Positions 51,801 to 61,998 of a DNA stretch of 64,000 bases are shown here, in pieces. The notes under the pieces were generated by a model. It did no database searches and had not been told where the DNA came from. It worked only from the letters and a program-made list of their open reading frames with translations. This DNA is from Azolla caroliniana (Eukaryota; Plantae; Polypodiophyta), in the NCBI GenBank assembly GCA_043228905.1, contig JBHGNT010000012.1:9734001-9798000 (forward strand), read 5' to 3'. Numbering within the stretch: position 1 is the stretch's first letter; each line of letters starts with the position of its first letter. Made by a program: the position numbers and the translations under genes.

Positions 51801-52510
51801 TCATATGGTCGATGCTCTGGTAGTCTATTAGCCTTCACCTTATCGAACACATCGGAGAATTCTATGTACTTCTTTGGTAGTTGGACCCCCAATTCTTGTG
51901 AGCTAGATGAGGGAGTTGCTAAAACCGCAAATACCATCATGTCTTCCTTTCTTCCATCCTCTCGTAATTGATGTATAGAGATTGTTGAAATTGTGGGGGA
52001 TCCTAGATCCTTAGTTGGAGCTTCAAGAGACTTGGATTGTACGGTGACCTCTTCAATAGTTCTTTTTCTCCAATCAATGGTTGGGTTATGTAACTCAAAC
52101 CAAGGAAGACCAAGAACTAGAGAGTGCTCCGGACTACTAATGATGTTAAATGAGATGACACTAGCCAAATTACCTAGGACTACACGAATTGGTTCAGACT
52201 CTTCGACTATATCTCCTGATGCTATAGGGCGACCATCGATGACTCCTACAGCTACTGGGTTTGGGAGTTTTTTCAAGATGATGTTTTGAGTCAATGCAAA
52301 CTCGCGATCCATGAAACAAGAATTGGCTCCGGAATCTAGGAGGGCAGAGGCTAGGGCGCGATGACCTGTAGATGTGCTAAGCTCGACTTGTGCAGAAAAA
52401 ACTCTACTAACTTGATTTGATGCAATGGAACCACAACTAGGTACTGACTCTACATAACTAGGATGGTCCAACCAAATGGCTCCTATTTTGGCCGGACTTA
52501 TTCGTTTAAC
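48866..52510 (-). CDS. pol: Pol (PR, RT, RNase H, INT, chromodomain), probably expressed by -1 frameshift from gag
   Basis: 1201-aa ORF 48866-52471, frame open back past the slippery site; LLDSGA; VYLDD; EADASD; SLDF..ISDRG..GQSE; YEVAAILD..YLVDWLGY..TWEP. Confidence 0.95.
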   Translation of the reverse strand, partial: VKRISPAKIGAIWLDHPSYVESVPSCGSIASNQVSRVFSAQVELSTSTGHRALASALLDSGANSCFMDREFALTQNIILKKLPNPVAVGVIDGRPIASGDIVEESEPIRVVLGNLASVISFNIISSPEHSLVLGLPWFELHNPTIDWRKRTIEEVTVQSKSLEAPTKDLGSPTISTISIHQLREDGRKEDMMVFAVLATPSSSSQELGVQLPKKYIEFSDVFDKVKANRLPEHRPYDCPIDLQPGKEPPWGPIYNLSPTELEVLREYINENLANGFIQHSKSPAGAPIFFVKKKDGTLRMVVDYRGLNKVTVRNRYALPLISSLLERLSEAKYFTKLDLRGAYNLVRIRPGDEWKTAFRTRYGHFEYTVMPFGLTNAPAVFQHMANDIFRDFLDIFIIVYLDDILIYSKTQEEHDIHVRQVLQRLREYGLYAKLEKCSFDQCQVEFLGYIVSSNGISMDPSKVQTILDWQTPQSVRDVQCFLGFANFYRKFIKDYSKIVLPLTQLTHKNRSFVWSIDANSAFEGLKQAFTSAPILIHVDPMRRFILEADASDFALGSVLSQIGDDGELHPVAFHSRKFEAAEINYEIHDKELLAIVDSFQQWRHFLEGSSQQIIVYNDHKNLTYFQSARVLNRRQARWAQFLTRFDFVILYRPGMQQGKADALSRRSYMELQPGEAAFESQKQILLGPDRLRIMAMHTINTPGDSRLLDSIREQIATDAFAQEVLSHIIPNRASSSQTQNPHLDYTQFSWHDGLLFRQTLLYVPDGPSRLKVMQQCHDTPMAGQFGIHKTFELISRRYWWPRLRHFVTDYVRSCDTCCRSKKPRHHPYGLLQPMPIPESPWKSISLDFITDLPPSKGFDSILTVVDRFTKMAHFLPCTKTITSQETADLLMREVFRHHGLPDDIISDRGPQFISKFWRHMFKLLHTSCKLSSGYHPETNGQSERTNQTVEQYLRCFVNYQQDDWVDLLPLAEFAYNNSEHSSTGYSPFFANIGYHPRWTMLEHPELPKNPGAEDRLTRLQEVQDMLLHHLCEAQNTQKKIADRHRRDSSTTFQVGDRVWLLQGSIKTTRPCYKLDYQRFGPYVISGKINDVTFRLDLPPHMRLHPVFHVSLLEPYTTSSIPGRVTPPPPPIDVSNGSEYEVAAILDSKIIRNKLYYLVDWLGYTPNDRTWEPAEHLANASDMVVAFHNQYPHKPSLNSFLPTRATHHRKGGIMS
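52459..52510 (-). promoter_or_regulatory. -1 programmed ribosomal frameshift signal (slippery heptamer and pseudoknot)
   Basis: G TTA AAC; 6-nt spacer; 11-bp stem GTCCGGCCAAA/TTTGGTTGGAC; loop TAGGA can pair with downstream TCCTA. Confidence 0.75.
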
Positions 52511-53625
52511 ACATCCTCTAATTGGCTCAAGACATCAAATCTATTCTCATGGCATGGGCTATTAGGCTTAGTACTTAAGTTATTAGAAGTGATAGTAGAA
52601 CTTGATGTAGGGTTGTCATGTGCACTTACTTGGTAAACTTGACGCCTGGGTTTATGTGGACAATTCACAGCTATATGTCCTGGACCACCACAGTAGAGGC
52701 ATAGGCGATGCGCCCGACGTCGTTGTTTCTCAGCATCTGATAAGGGCCCTCGACGTTGTGTCGACTCTATTTCCATCGGAGTGGGACCATCCCTCGTAAC
52801 GGGTCTAGAACCTTGTGGCGGTGTGGCGACTATAGAAGCGTATGTCTGTTCCGGTTGGCGGCGTAACATTTGTTGACGTTCAGAACGTCGCTCAAATAGG
52901 CGATTATCACATCGCACAGCTCGGCTAATAGCTTCAGTAAGAGACTTTGGATCTTCATGGAAAGTAAGAAGAAGATCTTTGACATCATTACGCAAACCCT
53001 GACGGAATTGATCCATTAAGGCTGCCTCATCCCAAGGGATGTCGCATGCCAAGAGACGGAAATCTGCGGCATAAGCTGAAGCGGGACGATCTCCTTGTCG
53101 GAGTCTTCGAATCTTGTTTATTGCAGTCCTAGTGCTATCCGTATCTCCAAAACTAGCTTGAAACTCCTTAACGAATGCCTCGAAATCCTCCAGTAATGGT
53201 GATTTCTTCTCAAGAAGTGGTGCAAACCATGCTAACGCTGTACCGCTTAGCAAGGTTCCTATTAATCCCACACGGGCAGCATCAGTTGGATACCGATTGG
53301 GATGTAACTGAATCACCAAACGAACTTGATTCAGGAAACCTCGAAAGAGAGATCTGGTACCATCAAACTTGGCAGGGAGGCTAATCTTTGGTTCCCTTGG
53401 GGAGTTTTGAACCCCCGCCGCTTGTTCTCGTAATGTTAATATAGTAGCCTCAAGTTGATGAACCCGTTGTGATAACTCCTCAAATTGATGAGCTTTCTCA
53501 GTACTGACTTGTTGAAGATCCCCGAGTAGCCTTTGATTTTCTTGCTCTAATGCCACAAACTTAGTGGTGAGCATATCGAGCTCCGAAAGGACACGCATAT
53601 ACTCTTGCTTGCTGACCGACTCCAT
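52498..53625 (-). CDS. gag: Gag (coiled coil, PEG10/sushi-like capsid, CCHC knuckle)
   Basis: 375 aa; PAKFDG; LRQG..AYAADF; PTPMEI; CLYCGGPGHIAVNC. Confidence 0.95.
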   Translation of the reverse strand: MESVSKQEYMRVLSELDMLTTKFVALEQENQRLLGDLQQVSTEKAHQFEELSQRVHQLEATILTLREQAAGVQNSPREPKISLPAKFDGTRSLFRGFLNQVRLVIQLHPNRYPTDAARVGLIGTLLSGTALAWFAPLLEKKSPLLEDFEAFVKEFQASFGDTDSTRTAINKIRRLRQGDRPASAYAADFRLLACDIPWDEAALMDQFRQGLRNDVKDLLLTFHEDPKSLTEAISRAVRCDNRLFERRSERQQMLRRQPEQTYASIVATPPQGSRPVTRDGPTPMEIESTQRRGPLSDAEKQRRRAHRLCLYCGGPGHIAVNCPHKPRRQVYQVSAHDNPTSSSTITSNNLSTKPNSPCHENRFDVLSQLEDVLNE

Positions 53626-53697
53626 AACCGCGGGGGAAAAAGAAAGAAGGATAAAGAAGAAAGCTTGCTAGGGTTATTGGAGAAAGGGAAAAGAAAT

Positions 53698-53708
53698 ATT
53701 CGGTTCAA
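53698..53708 (-). promoter_or_regulatory. Self-priming PBS
   Basis: TTGAACCGAAT, 2 nt after the 5' LTR, is perfectly complementary to LTR ATTCGGTTCAA (53949-53939), which starts 33 nt from TATAAATA (53982-53975). Confidence 0.85.
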
Positions 53709-53710
53709 AC

Positions 53711-54259
53711 TGTCGTGACTCTTGAGTAGGAAGCAGAGAGAGAGAGATGGCGATAGAGATAACGATAACGATAGAGATGGCGAGAGCGGTAGAGATAGCG
53801 ATAGTGATAGCAAAAGAGAGTGAAAGAGGGAGAGAGTGCGAGAGAGAGAAAAGTATAAGTGAGAGATAAGAAATGGGAATGCGATTATATTATGAGAAAG
53901 AAGATTACAAGGAGTAGGCTAAGGGCTAAAGACTGGTGTTGAACCGAATGAGTTGTGATGAGTGTATGGACTCTTATTTATAGGCCCTTATGGAGTATTC
54001 TAGAATGTTCTAGAATATTTTAGATATTTATGAATAATAATAATAATAAATATAATCATGAAATATTCAAGAACATTCTAGAATAATCTAGAATGTTCTA
54101 AATATCTCGTAATAACTAAACATATAATTATTATGATTACATCTCACATATGTTATTACAATGGTTAAAGTACAATATGTAAACCAAGAGGTTATGGGTT
54201 CGATTCCTGGTTCGCCAAGATGAATGTCATGATAAGCCAAGATGTATGTCTTCATGACA
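53711..54259 (-). repeat. 5' LTR
   Basis: Copy of 48325-48873. Confidence 0.97.
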
Positions 54260-55606
54260 TCGTGAATCCCACGAGTTCATTGTATTTAATCAATATTTAG
54301 ATAGTAAGAGACAATTTAGATGACAAAGTCGTGAATCCCACAAATATATTATATTGGTCAATTCTTACAAAGTAATCAACAACCATATACATCTTTTTCT
54401 CCTCCTTATATAGGATGGTAGAGACTAAGCATAGCTTCCTGCTTTTTCTAAAGTGTTCATGAACACTAAATGTGCATGAGTTGCTTTTTCCACTATGCTT
54501 TTATTTCCTAAATATAGTGCTCATGCACGCTAGATGTGCACGAGTATTTTTTTATTGGTTTATATTTTTCTTGTAAATAAAGTATTCACGCACTCTAAAA
54601 ATGCATGATTTACCTTTTAATAAAGGTAGGCATAAATAAAAATCTTATACTTATTAAATCTATATTTATAATACTTATGATAAGTTAATACAATGGTAAA
54701 GTTGTGGTTTATTTACATGGAGGTATAGGGTTCAAATCCTGCCCTATGCATGTAATAAATATTCTAATATTTTCTTTTATTTATATATATGTACTTAAAT
54801 CGGATATATTATTTTACATTTTTCACGTAGTGTGTGAACTACACTACGACACTCCGAAGTTCCCTATGCATGTTATTCGTCTTCCTCCGTAGCACTCTAT
54901 GATTCTCCCCTTATGTCGATTACGAGCTGTAGTGCACTTTCTTCGCTTTCCATATCACCGCGATCTTTGTCTGGTTGTTCCTCGATGTCGGTCTTGTCTA
55001 GAGTTACATAGGGTTCTTCGTCAATCCGCTTCTTGAAAATCTTCACCCGTTTCCCCACTATAGGCACCCGTAGTACTGTTCCATCCAAATCGCATAGTTG
55101 GTAAGTTCCGTTGTCGAAAACTTTCCGAACCTCGTATGGCCCGAACCACCTTTTCGCGAACTTTCGTATCGTTGCATGTTGATGATCCAGACTACTATCA
55201 TAGACAATCATCCAATCTCCTTCTTCAATCTTCCGCGGTCGTATTCGATGCTTTGTGATGAATCGGCTTTTGTTTCGGAATCGCGCTTGCTGTTGTCGGC
55301 GTGTTGCTTCCGCTATGTCTTCCGGTCTTCCCTCTAGTTGTCGTATCCGAACCGCTAGTAGTTCTTCCCGGCTCATCTCTTCCTTCCACGACAGCATTGT
55401 CCATGTCGCAATTACAGTTTCCGTCAGCATTACCGGTGCTTTTTCAGTCATGAGTTTGGCTGGCATAAAACCGGTCACGGAACTATGCATCGTACGATCC
55501 GCCCATAGTGCATACGGGAGAATTTGTGGCCAATCCTTCACCCTTCCGTCGCATGCTTTTGCAAGTGCTTTAATGATTGGACTATGTCTTCGTTCGATCT
55601 TCCCGT
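54260..55606 (-). mobile_element. Gypsy 3' fragment: integrase C-terminus (54897-55606) and probable 3' LTR starting at 54851, continuing at 48208-48324
   Basis: NGKIERRH..LPYALWADRT..KRWFGPY; minus strand TGTCGTAGTGT at 54851. Confidence 0.65.
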
Positions 55607-57900
55607 TGTCGTGAAGATTTTCGGCAATGGTGTGAAAATCACATAAAACGTACAAAATCGAGTATGAATCACATAAGACAATAATAGTGAAGATAACATT
55701 TTAAATAAGTTTAATATCTAAGTACAAAATGATGGAGGTCTTCAAGAGCTTTCGAATGCACTTTATTACACGAGAAACGGACAACTAGATGTCAAGATAT
55801 GGGGGTATAAAGTTTGTGAAAGGAAAAGAGAAAACTGTGAGATATCCCACATAGGCACGACAAATACGGCTCTCATCATATATAAGGTAGAGCAAAAGCT
55901 ATTGTCTTTGTGTCTATGTGAGGAGCACACATGTTTCGGAGACTTGGGCAATTCAAGCTGACGGGGCAACGTGAGACCCAAGAGATGGACAGTGGTGTTA
56001 CCCATGTAGGACACTCCATCTAGAGACTTGGGCTATTGCGTTGAGAACTAACGTGGGACCCAAGAGATAGATGGTAAGAGTGATGTATGAAAAGGATCCA
56101 TGTATGAACTAAGAAATTAATGAGAAGAAAATTCATTGATGATATATCTGGTTTGTTAAATCAAGAGTTAGAATCTTAATCTCAATATCTCTCTCTTGGC
56201 CATATCAATCTTTCTGAATCTAAGTCAAGCGTTTAATCTTAATCTCTTTCTCTCTCCCGATCTATCCTAAATACTTTCTCGCTAAGCTTGGTGCGAACTT
56301 CGATCCTTCTAGTCCAGAACCCCAGCAGTTCCGCCTCGCGATCTGTGCCTAGTGACAGATCTTCATGACATAATTAAGTGGTGAACCCGACGTGAAAGAG
56401 GCGGTAGGAAGGATCAAGTCGAGGATCAACCGATACTTGGAGATGGCATCCTCAAGCAATTAAGCGGGAGAGCTCGAAAGGATGATGCTAATCGTCGAGC
56501 AAATGATGAGATCTCGGGAAAACGACACGAGTGTGGAGAAGGTTGTCGATCGTGTCGTAGAGCTCGAGGGCCAATTCGATGGAAGGAATGTTACGAATTT
56601 CCTTGACACATATAGAAGGGAGATGAATTAGAGGGACGTGTCCGAAGCACGTCAAATCACAAGCTTCAAGAGAGTTGTCATCAACAATATCCAAAGATGC
56701 GTCATCGAGCTTCAAGAAGGTAAGTCAACATGGTCTGAGTTCGAGAAAACGATACTAGTAGAGTTCGTGACTGAAGACTCAACGAGGATGACTCGACATG
56801 CCCTAATGAAGTGGATAGAGAAGAAGAATAAGAAGATGAGCGCCTCGAGGGTGTATGACGAATTCGACCAGATGTTTAGTCGTCTCCCCAACATGAACCA
56901 AGTGTTGCTTGAAGAGGACAAGAATTTGTACTTCTTGAAGGCCGTGGACATGAAGGATAGATGGGAGTTGGGGACTCTTCTCGAAGACGATACCCAAGAA
57001 AATGGGCTCGTAGCGGAGTAGATCGTGGTGAAGCGGGCATGAAATAGGCTCGACAAGCGTCGTCAGTGGGTTGATGACACCGACTTGGCGGGATCGACTG
57101 TTGCGGAGAAAACAAGACAACCGAAAGTAGTTGAGCCGCCCAAACAAAGCAGCCTGGAAGAAAAGAAGATTGATGACAACATCATCGAAGAACTGGCAAA
57201 GAAGTTTGAGGTGGTCACGCTAGCCAACATGAATCGTTGGGGGCCCAAAGGAAAAGAACCCTTTAGATGTGTGTGGTGTGATAGCATGGACCACATGAGA
57301 AGGGATTGCGCGAGCCTTCGAGAGGCAATCCAACAAAATATCGTGTACATAGATGACAACATGATCTGCTCGAGCGAGACTAGAAGACCCCTACGGGTGA
57401 ATTTCGGAAGAGGAGGAATGAAGAAAGACATGGAGGATGCCGATGCGACTCATGTGGATGTGATGCACTATGCTGCGTCGGCTGGAATAAGAGTTGGGAA
57501 AGACAGAAATGAAGCTGCGAAAGTGGGAGCCAAGTTTTGGTCTTCCATTCTTGAGTATGAGAAGATGGGGAAGGTTACATTGAACGAGGTAGAGCTTGCG
57601 GGCTGAAGCGTGCAAAGCATAACCGAGTGGTCGGATCCGGTGGACGACAACACCATACTCACAGAGGTGATGTGCAACAACCATGAGGTGTTCGTCGAAG
57701 AAAAGAGAAAAAGAGATCGTGGTAGCTTTGATCGACCACGGCTCGGAGATCAACCTCATGTCAACCGACTTCTACAAAAAATGAAGATGGCCAATCAATA
57801 CAAACCACGGATGGAAGATTCGCGCGACAACAAAGTCTACGGAGGACTTGTACGGAGGTTGTCCCAATGTCAAAGTCACGATCGGGGATGTGGAGATGGA
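55607..57900 (+). mobile_element. 5' fragment of a tRNA-Trp-primed LTR element, probably Gypsy (LTR 55607-56370, PBS, gag relic)
   Basis: Ends TGTCGTGAAGAT/ATCTTCATGACA; PBS TGGTGAACCCGACGTGAA 56379-56396; gag with CVWCDSMDHMRRDC. Confidence 0.85.
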
Positions 57901-57973
57901 TCAACACTTCAATTGGATTTGAATCCATTGGGATTTGAATCATCTTTAGAAGTTGATATAGACTCCCTTTAGG

Positions 57974-58045
57974 TGTGGTTGGTGGGATTCGAGCCCAGGT
58001 CTCCACGGCCACAACGTGGAATTCTAACCACTATACCAAAACCAC
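57974..58045 (-). pseudogene. tRNA-His(GTG) probable pseudogene
   Basis: Intact CCACG-TTGTGGC-CGTGG arm; mismatches in acceptor, D and T stems. Confidence 0.75.
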
Positions 58046-58816
58046 CGAGTTTGTGTTGCCAAATTGGAACTAAGTCTTCTCAACCGCAACATGGACTTGT
58101 AACCATTAAGTGCTAACTTCCCATGTTGCATAAATTCATAGCTACACTCTATATAACATATTAGGCAAGTCTCCATAAAGGCATCCATAAAGATGGAATT
58201 CTAATCACTAAGATTTGACTTCCTATGTGGCGTGACTAAACTCATATACACAATCTATACGATATATGATGCAAGTTTCCATAAAGCCATGACCAAATTC
58301 ATGTGCACATTCTACATGAAATAGGAGCCATGATTGCACTTGTGACAACATTGTGCAATGTGGAAAATGAAAACCAATGATATGCCAGCTTCATACCATG
58401 CCGAATTCAAAATCTAATAGTTTTCGCACATGAATGTACACTGATTTTCAGGATCTTGAATGCGATTCATGGGCAAGTCTCAACTACGACGACCTCGAAT
58501 TTTAACCATTGAGTCAATTTTTTTGTTCAAGGCCCTCCGACAACAATGTATAATGCCAAGCTCGTTGTTTGTCGAGCTTAGGTCTCCATGACCATAACGT
58601 GGACTTCTAACCACTAAATTACAACCATCAAATGCTCTTTAATTGAAAACCATCTTGGTCGGGACGAACATTTGATTGGAACCTTTCTTGGGGATGGTTG
58701 GTCGTAGTTTTTTGCTCAAATTAAATTGTTATGGTTCTTGGTATTTGCAACCAAATTCCTATCTCAAAAATCCATTGGATTTAGCAGTTTACAAGTTGAT
58801 ATAGACTCACTGTTGT

Positions 58817-58890
58817 TGTGATCTTGCTAGGATTCGAGCCTAGGTTTCCACGGGCACAACATGGAATTTTAGACACTAAACTACAACCAC
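58817..58890 (-). pseudogene. tRNA-His(GTG) pseudogene
   Basis: Degenerate copy. Confidence 0.72.
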
Positions 58891-59382
58891 CGAGTTTCTG
58901 TTGCCAAATTGGAACAAAGTCTTCACAACTGCAACATGGAGATGTAACCACTAAGTACTGACTTCCCACGTTGCATGCATAAATTCATAGCTACACTCTA
59001 TATAACATATTAGGAAAGTGTCGATAAAGGAATCCATAAATATGGAATTCTAATCACTAAGACTTGACTTCCTATGTGGCGTCAATAAATTCATGTACAC
59101 AATCTATATGACATCTGACGCAATTCTCGATAAAGCCGTGGACAAATACATGTGCACATTCTATATGAAATACGAGCCATGATTGCACCCTACCGAATTC
59201 AAAATCTAACAATTTTCGCACGTGAATGTACAATCTAACAATCTTGGCTGGAACCTTTGTTGGGGATGGTTGGTCGTAGTTTTTTGCTGAAATTAAATTG
59301 TTATGGTTCTTGCAACCAACTTCCTATCTCAAATCCATTGGGATTCGATGCATTTTACAAGTTGATATAGAGTCACTTTTGG

Positions 59383-59454
59383 TGTGGTTGCTAGAATTCG
59401 AGCCCAGGTCTCCACAGCCACAACGTGGAATTCTAACCACTAAACTACAACCAC
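59383..59454 (-). tRNA. tRNA-His(GTG), foldable copy (B-box C61T, may be inactive)
   Basis: GTGGTTG/CAACCAC acceptor; CCACG-TTGTGGC-TGTGG; CTGGG-CTCGAAT-TCTAG; followed by genomic CCA. Confidence 0.7.
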
Positions 59455-60301
59455 GGAGTTTGTGTTGCCAAATTGGAACAAAGTTTTCACAACCACAACA
59501 TGGAGTTGTAACCACTAAGTACTGCCTTCCCATGTTGCATGCATAAATTCATAGCTACACTCTATATAACATATTAGGTAAGTCTTCATAAAGGTATCCA
59601 AAAATATGGACTTCTAATCACTAAGACTTGATTTCTTATGTGGCATGAATAAATTCATGTACACAATCTACATGACATATGACGCAAGTCTCGATAAAGC
59701 CAAGGACAAATACATGTGCACATTCTATATGAAATACGAGCCAAGATTGCACTTGTGAAATTATTCTGCAATGTGGAAAATGGAAACTAATGATATTCCA
59801 ACTTCATACCCTGCCGAATTCAAAATCTAACAGTTTTCGCACGTGAATGTACATTGAATTTCGGGGACTTGAATGGGATTCATGCGCAAGTCTCGACTGT
59901 GACAACCTCGAATTTTAACCACTACGTTGGTTTTTTTGCTCAAATTAATTATTATGGTTGTTTGCATTTGCAAACACAAATCCATGTACATATTCGATAC
60001 GTAATATGGGTCAAGGCCCTCCGACAACAATGTATAATGCCAAGCTCATTGTTTGTCGAGCTTAGGTCTCCATGACCATATCGTGGACTTCTAACCACTA
60101 AAGTATAACCATCCAATGCTTTTCAATTGAAAACAATCTTGGTTGGGATGAAGAATTGAAAGGAACCTTTGTTGGGGATGGTTGGTCGTTGTTTTTTGCT
60201 CAAATTAAATTGTTATGGCTCTTGGTATTTGCAACCAACTTCCTATTTGAAATCCATTGGGATTCGAAGTATATTACAAGTTGATATAGACTCACTTTTG
60301 G

Positions 60302-60373
60302 TTTGGTTGCTGGGATTCGAGCCCAGGTCTCCACGGCCACAAAGTGGAATTCTAGCCACTAAACTATAACCAC
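60302..60373 (-). pseudogene. tRNA-His(GTG) probable pseudogene
   Basis: Intact T-arm; mismatches in acceptor and anticodon stem; followed by CCA. Confidence 0.75.
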
Positions 60374-60493
60374 GGAGTTTGTGTTGCCAAATTGGAACAA
60401 AGTCTTCACAACCGCAACATGGAGTTGGAACCACTAAGTACTGACTTCTGATGTTGCATGCATAAATTTATAGCTACACTCTATATAGCATAT

Positions 60494-60990
60494 TGTGGTA
60501 TAACTATGGATCCTATCCAAGGCCCCACCTAACCTGGGTAACATTGAACACACCCAAATTAGGTCCCCAACAAGCCCCCATAATTAGAAGTGCTAATAGG
60601 AGCGGGAAAACACCCACCACGCTAAGAGTAGCCTAGAAGATGTAACTTAGAATGTAATGGAAAGGGAGCTATTTTGAGAGAATTTCACATCTTGTTGGAG
60701 AAGACGGGCAAAGAAGCCCCAACTCACAACCCCAACAACACACGCCACGATGCAACACGACAACAATAGCAGCAACACAAACTCCATGAATCCTGAATTC
60801 CTACAACAACAAACTCAAGAACATCTGCCCACATCGCCAATCGACCAACTAGTTCAGGCCCTGTCCAACATTATTTTACAAGTTAACCATACTAACGAAG
60901 CTATGTTGTCATTCCTCTCAGCACCATCCGAGCAACAATAGAATCTCCCGGACCCTCGAGTTCGCCCAAACCCATTCTCTCCGGACCCTC
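60494..60990 (+). mobile_element. Truncated LTR element (LTR 60494-60689, PBS-like site, gag start) between the His and Leu arrays
   Basis: Inverted copy of 31603-32099. Confidence 0.7.
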
Positions 60991-61193
60991 ATGAAATAAC
61001 TACTATGTTATCCTTGTACAAAAGCGGGTCATAAATTTTTTTAATTGTGTTCTTTCTTCGACCTAGTGCTTGCATTGCACATTGATGTGCTTAACATTGT
61101 TGCCCAGACACCGAAATTGACACCACTTAAAATATCACTCTCTTTCTTAACACTTTATCAAGTGTGTACTTGTTTTAATGTCATTGACACAAT

Positions 61194-61274
61194 GAGAATT
61201 TGGCCGAGTGGTCTAAGGCGTTGGATTTAGGCTCCAATCCGATGAGGGTGTGGGTTCAAATCCCGCAATTGTCA
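61194..61274 (+). tRNA. tRNA-Leu(TAG), near-intact copy
   Basis: A and B boxes intact; one acceptor mismatch; counterpart of 31306-31386. Confidence 0.7.
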
Positions 61275-61526
61275 TTAGTGAATCGAAAAATTTTAGCATT
61301 ACCAAACTTTTCATGAAATATCAAATATGTTATTCTGGTACAAAAAAGGGCCATAAAAAATTGTAAGCGAGTCCTTTCTTCGATCTAATACTTGCATTGC
61401 ACGTTGATGTGCTGAACATTCTTGCCCATTGACCTAAATTGACACCACTTAAAATATAACTCTCTTTTTTAACACTATTTTGAGATTTTATCAATGGTGT
61501 ACTACTTTTGATGTCATCAACACATT

Positions 61527-61606
61527 GACAATTTGGCCGAGTGGTCTAAGGTGTTGGATTTAGGCTCCAATCTGAAAGGGCATGCGTTCAAATCCCACAA
61601 ATGTCA
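61527..61606 (+). pseudogene. tRNA-Leu(TAG) pseudogene
   Basis: T-stem mismatches. Confidence 0.72.
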
Positions 61607-61918
61607 TTACTGAATTAATATAATCTAGCATTACCAAACATTTCATTAAATAAGTACTACGTTATTCTTGTAGAAAATAGGGCGCAAGAAAACATTACAC
61701 AAATTCTATTCATGTATAAAATAGGGCGCTAGAAAATATTAAACACATTCCCTCTTACATCTAGTGCTTGCATTGCACATTGATATGCTTAATATTGTTG
61801 CCCAGTGAGAACTTCACTCTCTATTTTAACACTCTTTTACAAATTGACACCACTTCAAATATCACTCTCTTATACAATTTTATGAATGATGTACTTCTTT
61901 TGATGCCATCACCTTAAT

Positions 61919-61998
61919 GACAATTCAACCGAGTGGTTTAAGTTGTTGGATTTAGGCTTCAATTTGAGAGGGTGTGGGTTTAAATCGCATTGTTGTCA
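61919..61998 (+). pseudogene. tRNA-Leu(TAG) pseudogene
   Basis: Degenerate copy. Confidence 0.7.

Larger units (their letters stand above)
48325..54259 (-). mobile_element. Young full-length chromovirus (Tcn1 / Tf1-sushi type)
   Basis: 549-bp LTRs 48325-48873 and 53711-54259 with no difference seen; perfect TSD TCGTG; open gag and pol; PPT GAAAAGGGGGGA next to 48873. Confidence 0.97.
57905..60493 (-). repeat. Tandem array of tRNA-His(GTG)-derived units (~0.9-kb higher-order unit)
   Basis: Near-complete copies at 57974, 58817, 59383, 60302, with further relics between them. Confidence 0.9.

Noticed and set aside
54742-54873. 12-bp direct repeat CCCTATGCATGT as a possible TSD
   Set aside because: No element boundaries are recognisable between the copies and it straddles the inferred LTR end; left unexplained.
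55607-55655. N-terminus of the 252-aa ORF 54897-55655
   Set aside because: Read-in from an inserted LTR; the real homology is only an integrase fragment.
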